Shown here: positions 54,240 through 64,000 of the stretch, piece after piece
Layout of the letters: every line of letters starts with the position of its first letter
Position numbering within the stretch: the first letter of the stretch is position 1
Assembly (NCBI GenBank): GCA_951406725.2
Contig: OX597817.1
Span: forward strand, 3,224,001 to 3,288,000
Reading direction: 5' to 3'
DNA: 64,000 bases
From: Octopus vulgaris
Taxonomy: Eukaryota
Translations under genes and position numbers: made by a program
The notes under the pieces: generated by a model
What the model was told of the DNA's origin: nothing
The model's database searches: none
What the model saw: only the letters and a program-made list of their open reading frames with translations

Positions 54240-55030
54240 TCTCGTGTTTTTTTAAAAACGATAGGAGTCTTAGAAATCTCCTTGTTAGAAGCTTCACAGC
54301 TTCCAGCTCCACACAACCAGGAACCTTTAAATGTTTTTGCCGATGATGTAACACATGCCCCTACATTAACAATATCACCACCATCAGGGGGCTCAAGAAG
54401 CAATATCATATAGTACACCACTTCTGTTGCACTTTGACGAATCTTGTATATTGTATTGTATGCAAACTCTGCGGTGCTCTTTACATTATAGAAACATGGC
54501 AATGCCTCGAGGATCACTATTGCGAACACATCAGAAGCACAATGGTTCATATGCCAGGCCAATCTGTCACCAACCACTTCAACAGAGTGAATCAGTCTAT
54601 TGCAGATTTGTCAGTGTGTGGTGTGGCCTTGCACCACGGATCCCCTTCTTCTTTAGGAAATGAAAGGAGCAATGTCTCATATTTGATCTTGGCACTATGT
54701 CCCCACCAGGTATGAATGAACATTTTTCCTTTCATCCCTTCACCTCCTCTTAATTTTTTTTTTACCCTTTTTAATTCTCCTTCCACACTCTCCCCGCACC
54801 ATTCCCATATTTACTTACCTCTACACTCTCCATCACCCTTTTCTTCCTCCTTTCTGCACACCCTCTCCTATAACTTCTTTTTCACATTAGCAGCCCTTGT
54901 TATTCTGTATCCTTTAACACTTGCAGCCAGTTTTTCAAGCTGAGAGGATGTAAACGCTGTTTGACTTTTTACTCCTTTTCTTCTTTTTCTCTCTGCCCCC
55001 TGATGAAGGATTGAATCCCAAACATTGGAT
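54240..55030 (+). mobile_element. Penelope-like element remnant (GIY-YIG endonuclease and 3' region)
   Basis: TNLVYCIVCKLCGALYIIET..EHIRS..VTNHFN..SIADLSVCGV..LGTMSPPGMNE, then a pyrimidine tract and a ctgatgaagg motif at 55000. Confidence 0.85.
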
Positions 55031-55834
55031 ATTCCACTCCTCACGGCAAGTTCTCTGTACCCTTTTCAGTTTTATACAGTTGAGTCAACTTTGCCTTTCC
55101 CTCATCTGAAGTTAATAAAATAGTACTAGATGAAGTACTGGGACTGATTCCATTGATTCAAACACTTGCCAGTGGTGTCCCACCAGGGTAACAATCAAAT
55201 ACCTGAAATTTGTGGAAGGGCTGAGTGGATAAAAAGTTTGCTTTGCAACTATGAAGTTTTAGTTTCAGTTTCACCGTGTGGTATCATGGGTAAGCCTTTT
55301 CAATTATAGCCATGGGCCAACAAATGCTTGATGAGGAAATTTAGAAGACAAAATTGTGCAGAAGTCTGTCATGCGAATATTTATGTATTGTGTGTGTGTG
55401 CTTGCGTGCTTGTGTGTGTTCATGTGCTGCATGCATGTATCTGTATGTGCATTTGCATATATGTGCACGTGTGTGTGTGCATATGTCTGTGTGTTTACCT
55501 TACGTCAGGTAACAGTTGGTGTTCATTTGTCTGCATTTCTGAAACTTAGCAGTTCAGCAAAAGAAACCTACTGAATAAGTAAGAGGCTTAGAAAAAAAAA
55601 AGTACTTGGGTTAATTTCTTAATTAGATCTTTCAAGGTAGTGCTCAAACATGGCTGCAGTCCAGTAAATGAAACAAGCATGGCTCTGTGCTTAAGAAATT
55701 TACTTCCTAACCATGTGGTTTTGGGTTCAATCCCACTGAATTGCAACTTGATAAAATGCTTTCTAGCCCCAGGCTGATCAAATACTTGAAAGAGAATTTT
55801 GTAGATGAAAGGTGAAAGAAGACTGTCATAGACA

Positions 55835-55975
55835 TATATACATACACACACATACATACAAACATCATACGTACATACATACACACACACATACATACAT
55901 ACATACATACATACATACATACATACATACATACATACATACATACATGCATACATACATATAGGTATGTATACA
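55835..55975. repeat. (ATAC)n microsatellite
   Basis: Direct reading. It explains the MYVC ORFs. Confidence 0.95.
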
Positions 55976-57161
55976 TGCATGTCTATGCATGTGAGAGTGA
56001 GTTTGCATTTCTCGTATCATCTTATGTGTTTGCTGGTTGTAAAGAAAGCCTTTACTGAAGTTTATGGGTGTTGTTTGCTTGCAATCCACCACAAAAACAT
56101 GTCTGGGCTTTGTGACATGTTTTGACATGTATTGACATCTTTGTAAAGAAAAGGCTAATTAATATAGTGTTATCGTTTCCATTTCTTTCCATAAATATGT
56201 CCATGCTTCTTGCAGAAACAAGTGGGGACTGACATCAAGAAAGGTACCCAGCTGTTGAAAACTCATCTGACCCATGTAAGTATGGAAAAGTAGACATTAA
56301 AATGATGACAATGATATTTATGTACACACCCCACCACCATACACAGGTAGAGTACTCTTTTCTCTTCATTTCTATACCCAAACCTTTCTGCTCTATTCAT
56401 TGGAAACTTATACAATCGCAAAAGATTTTACATAATACCTCACAGATGTCATACAGACATAAAATCAAAACTCCACTTTTATGAGAAGTATATGTAGGAA
56501 GTATGTTTAGCATTAAAAAATACACAAATACAAGCTTTATTTTCAAAAAAAAAAAACCAGCTTAGAAATTATGCAAGTAATGTCCAACATTGTGTATATG
56601 AATTTGAAATCTATCAGAGATTTCAGTCAAATATACTTATAAGAAACATAAAATCTGTTATATAAACACACTACCAACTTGCATTAGAAAAACATAGAAA
56701 TAAACAAGTTATTGCATAAAACACTATTAAAAAGTAAGCCCCCAAAACTAGCAATTAGGTTAAAAATAGATGACAAAGTTTTCAGCTTTACATAACCCCA
56801 AAGGATCATAAAGAGAACTTCCTGGTAAACCCAAATGTTGGTTGATAAACCTTGCAAACAAGAGTACAGTATCAAGTGAGTACATTTATGATTCCATCAA
56901 TTTAAAATTTTATGAATTCACAAAATTATCTCTATAAAACAGCAGTACCTATAACCTTAAATTAGTAGAATTTTGAACAATGTAATCTTGTGATATTTCA
57001 TTACAGCTTTCCACAACTAAATTTTCTTTGAGTAACCTCTTCTGAGGTCTATAACATAGTACAATATAAAACACTATAACTGATACAATCAAGTAAAACT
57101 TTTAGAGATGGTGCTCAGTAAGATTAAAGTCAATAAGCAAAACTAGTTGAAAAATGCGTGC

Positions 57162-57221
<60 letters not shown>

Positions 57222-57439
57222 GCAACAAGTATATCCAGAGATAATGCAGTACGATCGTTTCATGCAACTCCATTTAATTGAACAATGCAATCATTACATC
57301 AATTTAAAATGTAGAGCAATCTTCAGTTGCACAAAGACATATTAATCACCTTATTTTGAAATTGTATGGATAATACCGTACTAAATTCTGGTACCTCAAC
57401 TTAAGTACCATATTCATCTGAATCTATATATATCAGCAC

Positions 57440-58760
57440 ATAATGTCTGTTTTCCTTGCTGGTATGGGTTGAACATTTTAACATCAAGCTGATTAGGCTG
57501 GGAGCTACGCCATGTTCCATCGTCCGTTTTGGCATGGTTTCTCCAGCTGAATGCCCTCTTTAATGCCAACCACTTTAAAGAGTGTACTGGGTGTCTTTTA
57601 CATAGCACCGGCATCCATACCTTTTATGTGGAACCAGCACCAGTGTTTTTTATATGATATCAGTATCAATAAGTTTACCAAGTACCTTGCAAGACAAAAG
57701 AAACCTTTAACTGGGCACAGGGATTAGTGTCAAGGGGATGGTGTGACTCTGTGCCAGTTGAGAGATTAAAGGCGTAGAAGAAGAGAAATAAGTATCTTTT
57801 TGTAGAGCAGATACATAGATACCTCAGTTAGAAAAAAAAGAAGAATAAGCTTCAGATGAGGCTAAAGAGAATGATAGTAAGAGAGATGATGGTGAAGATG
57901 TGCTGAGACATACCCTTAAGTGACATTGGAGATAGTGAGAATTGGTGAGGTGATACAGAGATTTAAACTGGGTGAGTGGGTAAGATTGAGGTGATTGTAG
58001 CAAATGATGGAGATAAATATAGGAGAGGCTCTGAGTGGTAGTGGTAGGGGTTGCAGTAGATATGTGAGGGCATTGAGGGTGATAGCTAGTAAGTAAGGTG
58101 TTAATGACAGGGAACATCACAGGGGAGAAAACGAGCAGAAAGGAAGTTTGTGAGACGATAGGCAGCAGAAGAAGACAATGGGAAATAGAAGTGGCTTGAG
58201 GTAGGGGAAGAAAGATAAGTGAGAAAGCTAATTAGCTCCACTGCTAATTAGCAGAAATTATCTCTACAAAAGCCTCCATATTTCTGTAGACTTTAGGGCT
58301 CTTGTACATCTTCCACATACAAATATCAAATATTACTTTCTTTGTTAACATTCCTATTATTTTACTGTACATTTTGTATGTCTATAGCTTGCAAGGGTAC
58401 ACCAAATGGAATTTCTACCTTCACTTTTCCAACATATCAAGCTGGGCCATTAACATGCACCAGGACATTGGTCTTTGCTAAGTTAGCTTTAAGGCCCCTC
58501 AATTTCAGGTTTTGCTTCCACACCACAAATTTCTGTTCTAGTTCTATTGCAGATTCTGCTATCATAAGCATACAATAGACCCCATGAGCAGCTTATCTTA
58601 AATTCTTGTTATGGCCTGGTGGATGATGGAAGGAGCTGAGCGCTGAGCCTTGATGAACATCTATCTGCACACTAAGTTCACAACTGATACGGTTCTTTGC
58701 TATCCCAACTCTTTTCCATTCTTTCCAAATCTGCCTTTTCTCTTTTATGGTCCTGTTGAC
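57440..58760 (-). mobile_element. RTE fragment, purine-rich (plus-strand) spacer and terminal module, reverse orientation
   Basis: VQIDVHQGSALS and GLKANLAKT on the minus strand (58330-58750). GA-rich tract at 57720-58220. Terminal module at 57440-57680. Confidence 0.7.
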
Positions 58761-58929
58761 CTCACTGTTATGTGAACAATTACTCATATTTATTCAGAAC
58801 ACATCTAGACAGATCCAGATACAAAGTCTGCTGTAACTGCTGTGTACATTATCGAACAATAACTTCCCCCTTTTATGCTGAAAATGAGCTTAGAGTATTG
58901 AAAAAATATGTGAATACCCATTCCAGATC

Positions 58930-60700
58930 TTGCTCATAGCCGAATTTATGAAAAGTTAAAGAAAAACTTTCAGACATGGACATAAAGCCTTGAACTGAGA
59001 GATGTGAAAGTAAACCTTGTGAAGAAATAAATCTTAATAAGAAGGAGAAAAAAACAGACACTACCACTGTCCAACAAGTGGCCATGCTTAATATGTAGTA
59101 AAGAAATAGGTAAAAATTTCATGGAGTCCTCATGGTAAACTATGGAAGCACAAGGTGTAGCAGAATTAAAAACAGAAAAATAAAGAAGAAAGGCTTCATA
59201 TTAATAACTCACAGAAAATGGTCTCTCAAATTATTTGACGGCTAATAGAAGTTAATATCTTTTGTTACTTCTGTGACTTAATTAGAAGTTGGTGAGGGTA
59301 CTTTGGAAGTATATGAGCTAGCAAAATGAGAGGTTGGGAAAAGTTTTTAAACAGTAGTGAGGGATTTCTCTCTCAGAGTAAAAGGTAGATTGTATGATTT
59401 TGTAGAAAGTGTGTTTGAGACATGAGCCATGAATGCAGAAGATTTGTGAAGCCTAGAAAGATGTGAAGAGAGCTTGCTCTGTTGAATGTATAATATGTAT
59501 ATGTGAGTGATAGACTACAAATGAACTTGTACAAGAATAACTGAATATATGAGGACTCAGCCATAGTGTCAAAAGAAAAGATTATACTGGTTTGCCCATG
59601 TGACACTTATGGAGTTGTATAAAAATGTACTGTGTGCACATTGTAAATAAAATCTTTGGTGGGAAATCAAGGAATTCTTGATGTAAAGTGACAAAAATCA
59701 TAAGGGAGATGATAAAGGATCATGTTGTGCTTGAGAAGATACATTCACTCATGCAACCATGATGAGATGAATGTCAAAATTGATAATGATAGGGGAACAG
59801 AGGAATAACAGATATATCTGCTGTTAAGTCGACATCTGCTGCCTTGCTTACCTCCCATCTTTCTATAGTTCATTTCTCTATTGCTCTGTTACCCATCTTT
59901 CTATCCTCCTCTCTATTATCCACCTCTCCATTGCTCACTTCTTCCCTGGTAAATGTTCCTGCTCAATATGTAGGCAGGAATTCTGCATGGTGCACCAAAA
60001 CTCCGGACACACAAAAAATCCAGTATAATCACAAGAAACTTAATAGGGAAAGTAGTGTCAGTATATGGAAGAGGCACAGGCGGAATGAACATTAAGGACT
60101 CATGGGAAATTGTATCATATTCCTGGATGCTCCCTAGATGTAATCGATAGTTTCAGGTACCTGGATGATATAATTAGCAGTGGAAGGGGGATCTTCTGAA
60201 AATATACTTGCTAGAATAAGAATAGGATGAAGAAAGTTCAGCTGACAATAAAAGGCGTCTCTCTCTCTCTCAGAGTGAAAGGCTAATTATACAATGCTTG
60301 TATGTAAAGAATAGGGTACTGAGGTGTAGACTCTGAATGCAGAGATGTGAAGACTAGAGGGGAATGAAGCTAGTACACTCTGTTGGATGTGCAACATCAA
60401 TGTGAATTTATGACAAAGTGATATGGTATTGAGAGGAAAATTAGGTATAAGAGGAATCAAATGTAGCATGCAAAAGAAAAGAGTGCTCTGATTTGGTCAT
60501 ATGACTTGTATGGATGAGGATAGTTGCATAGAGAAGTGCTGGTCACTTAAAGTGGATGAAACTTGTGGAAGAGTGAGGCTCAGGAAGCTATAGGATGAAG
60601 TAGTGGAGGCCAATCTCAAGAGGATCAACCCTATAGAGGAAATGACAAAAGACTGAGATGATTGGTGTTTGCTATGCTTGAAAAGCCCTACCCATTGTAA
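58930..60700 (+). mobile_element. Two decayed RTE C-terminal fragments (~58930-59760 and ~60050-60700)
   Basis: Remnants FQTW..VKVNL, KWPCLICSK, IDSFRYLDDIISSG, LRGKLGIRGIKC..WFGH. Confidence 0.7.
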
Positions 60701-61387
60701 CAAAAAATGGTGCCCTGAAAGCATTCTGTTTGTGTCTGTAAGCCTTTCTGTTCTGTCAACCATTCCCTATATATTTTTCTCTTCCATCATTCCACTATGT
60801 CATTACTTGGTGGCTGTAATCACTCAAGAGTAGAATTAGCACATATTACCCTTCACACTTTCTTTATACTACCAGTTACCTCTTTTTCCATCTAGAACCA
60901 CTACCATCCCTTATTCCCATTATACTATTTTTTCCCCACAAACACTATTTTTACCAATTACCTTTCAATGCGTTCAGTTATTTCTTTCCTCTGCTAAACT
61001 ACACTTTAAGACCTCGCTAACATTCTCAACACTCTCATATCTGCCATCATACCACACTCCCTATAGCTACACTTATGTACCCTTACATCCCCTCCTTACC
61101 ATTTCCACACCTTGCACAACATCTAGATGAGTTTTTTGCTACTACAGTGGAGACAGTATTGATCAATAACATTGGCATAAAAGAAAAAAAAGATATAATA
61201 CTGACCACAGATGAGGCCATGCTGGCGCTCCAGACTAAAGGGTTCTAATCAAAGAAATCCTCTTCGGTATTTATTTTTTTCAGTCTGATACATATTCTAT
61301 TAATCTTTTTGGCTAAATCACTTGGTTACAGGGATGTAAGCAAACCAACATCGGTTGTCATGCAGTGGGTGGACAAACACAGACACT

Positions 61388-61423
<36 letters not shown>

Positions 61424-62017
61424 TCCCTCATCATCATCCTACCACCGTAATCCATGCTAGCATGGATTGGGTGGTTTAACAGACTGTATCATATGTTAGT
61501 GTTAGCTTTGGCAGGAATTGTGCATGATGGTGGATAATTTGGCTTGGTGGAGTGAATCACTGTAACGTGTGAGTGCAGAGCACTTCCACAATTCATTTTT
61601 ATTGAGGAGAGTAGGTCTTTTCAAGAACTTCCCATCACAGGCATTCTAGTCCATTGTCCTCATCTTTGTGAGGCTCAGGATACTCGGGTCAACTTTCAGT
61701 ACTTCATCCCATGTTTTCAGCTGCAGGTTCCAACCAAATTAAGTGGGACTCAGGACAATAGTATATAACATTTGCCTAAAGTGCTGCATAAGTGTGTCTG
61801 AAACCTAAACCACATGGTTGCAAAGTGAATGGCGTTATAAGAATCTTTAAACTTTTGAGAGAACAAGGAATAATTCATTTTTTGGAATTGGTTCTCAAAA
61901 TACGCATAAGACAATAAATAACATTATGTAAATATTGGGTTAAAAATTCCTCTTTGGATAGATGAAAGAATATGCACATGTAAGTATGTATGTAAGCTTC
62001 CACACACACATATATGG

Positions 62018-62363
62018 AGGAAACCACCTTTGGTCATGAATGACCATGCAATAGCACCTAGAAAGCACCTAGAAAGTTACCCTCCGAGGCACAAGTCCGG
62101 GCAAGGTTGTTTATGGAAGACCAGCAGTCACCCATGCATACCGACCTCCCCTCAACACGATACCAGTGTTATCCAAGGGAAAGGTAAAGGCCGATACAGC
62201 TTGGCACCTGTGACATTCCGACTCATTTCTACAGCTGAGTGAAGTGGAGCAACATGAAATAAAGTGCCTTGCTCAAGAACACAACACACATCCCAGTCCA
62301 GGAATTGAACTCACAACCTCATGATCATAAGCTCGATGCTTTAACCACTGAGCCATGCACCTT

Positions 62364-62364
<1 letters not shown>
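62018..62364 (-). mobile_element. tRNA-derived SINE with CORE-like domain
   Basis: Head ggtgcatggctcagtggttaaagcatcgagc..gagttcaattcc, followed by gtgttcttgagcaaggcacttta..cagctgtagaaatgag. Confidence 0.75.
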
Positions 62365-62405
<41 letters not shown>

Positions 62406-63526
62406 CGCACATATATATATACACCCCTCCATTCCCACACAGGAGGTTGGTCCTTGGACCTTCAACATCATGGAAGAAAGACTAAAGCCTAAGATGACTG
62501 GCAATATGTGATACTCAAAAAGACCTGCCAATTTCAGCAAAACTGAAAAATTTTGGAAGCACAGTGTAAGTATGTGCACAAGTGACCCTCCATCCTGACT
62601 CACCCAATTTTCTCCTCAATCCATTTCCACTACCTATCATCTTTTTTTCTTACTGATACTTTCAATACCTGCCAAACTGCATTATTATTATTGTGCACCT
62701 ATTCATCCCTTTCTGTACAGTCAGCCACACCTATTTCTCTCACCTTTCCCCATCTCATTTGTATCACTGATCCCCAACAACCCTTATTCACCATTCACTT
62801 CATCTTTTAATTCTATCCAATTTCTACGGTTATCATCTACTCTTTCCTATCTTCTCGGGCACATATATTTATCATCCCACAACACCTGTTCTTCATTCAT
62901 TATATTCATCCCTTCGCCCATTACCCATCTCTAATCCCCTCTCACTTTCCCCATACAATCTTGCAAACTACACCCACCCATCCACTTTCCCTGTTCTTGT
63001 ATTTCCATTCATTACTACTCCTTTTGTACCTTATGGGTTCACACTGACACCTCATCACCACTATTTTATCTCTCTGTACAGCTCCCTGCTGTTTACTCCC
63101 TCTGTCTCTTTTATAATGTGAGTAGCAATGTATCTCCTCTACAACATGAAACCTGTTCTTTTCTGAACATTTCTCTCACATTTTAGCCTCTCATTTCATA
63201 CTATGAAACTGCCTCCCTCTCAAAAAATATACCACCACTCAATTAAAAGGGATTGTAAGTTGTGTGATTCCACACTGGTACTAATACAACTAAAAGAAAT
63301 GCAGTCAGGATGCTCTGTAGAGTGACTGGCATTAAGAGGGCATCCAATAATAGAAGAAACCATGCCAATGCAAATATTGAAGCACGATGCTGTCTTCAAA
63401 CCTGTTGGACCCTGTCAAACCATCCAACTCACGCCAGTATGGAAGATGGACTTTAAAAGATGATAATGATGATAATAGAAACATTATTATTTCTGAATAA
63501 GATTACAGTCACCTGTACTAGATATT

Positions 63527-63666
63527 AATATAGGACAAAAGCTGCCGTTGATTAGCTCCAAGAGGCCATCTCCTCTAGCTAGCTTGGACACAGGTTTGTG
63601 TGTCATATAGCTAGCTAGAGGCGATGGCCTCTTGGAGCTAATCAATGGCAGCTTTTGTCCTATATT
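63527..63666. repeat. 140-bp near-perfect palindrome (foldback/MITE-like)
   Basis: 58-bp arms 63527-63584 and 63609-63666 are reverse complements with 2 differences. The 24-nt spacer is partly self-complementary. Confidence 0.95.
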
Positions 63667-64000
63667 TATGGACTGCCATATTAGCTTGGCGATAACTATT
63701 AATGATGATAATGATATTTACATACTCATGCCTACATATGCTTACACACATGTGCGCACACACACACACACACACACATACACACGTGCATGTATATATA
63801 TTTATATAAACATATATGTATTAAGAAATAAATGTTTCACACAGAAAAGCTATATTTCCAATTTACAGAGACTATATGTCTTTCTTAGGAGTATAAATGG
63901 TATGATTAGTGTACTTGGGGATTTTCTCCATCAATTTCTACTCTTTATGTGGAGTAAGTAAAAGTTATAGAATTTCATCCAGTTTATAAAGCAAAGAAAA

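Overview
Eukaryotic, very AT-rich, microsatellite-laden genomic DNA. The repeat content looks like an octopus/coleoid cephalopod genome, but this is inferred from memory of the repeat families and was not checked. Only one host gene is supported: the last three coding exons of a minus-strand C2H2 zinc-finger gene (37235-37102, 31550-31360, 27770-27220). They splice in frame to 291 aa with 8 fingers. No upstream exon could be found, so 37236-64000 is probably intron. The rest is mobile DNA: a near-complete Tc1-like element with a DD36E triad, two decayed mariners, an internally deleted pogo-like element, non-autonomous Helitrons, RTE/CR1/Penelope fragments, several tRNA-derived SINE families, two long foldback palindromes and a 26-bp hairpin minisatellite with a 104-bp higher-order period. 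Most ORF-track entries are microsatellite artefacts. I see no convincing new multi-gene system; the best leads are the element-level oddities listed in findings.
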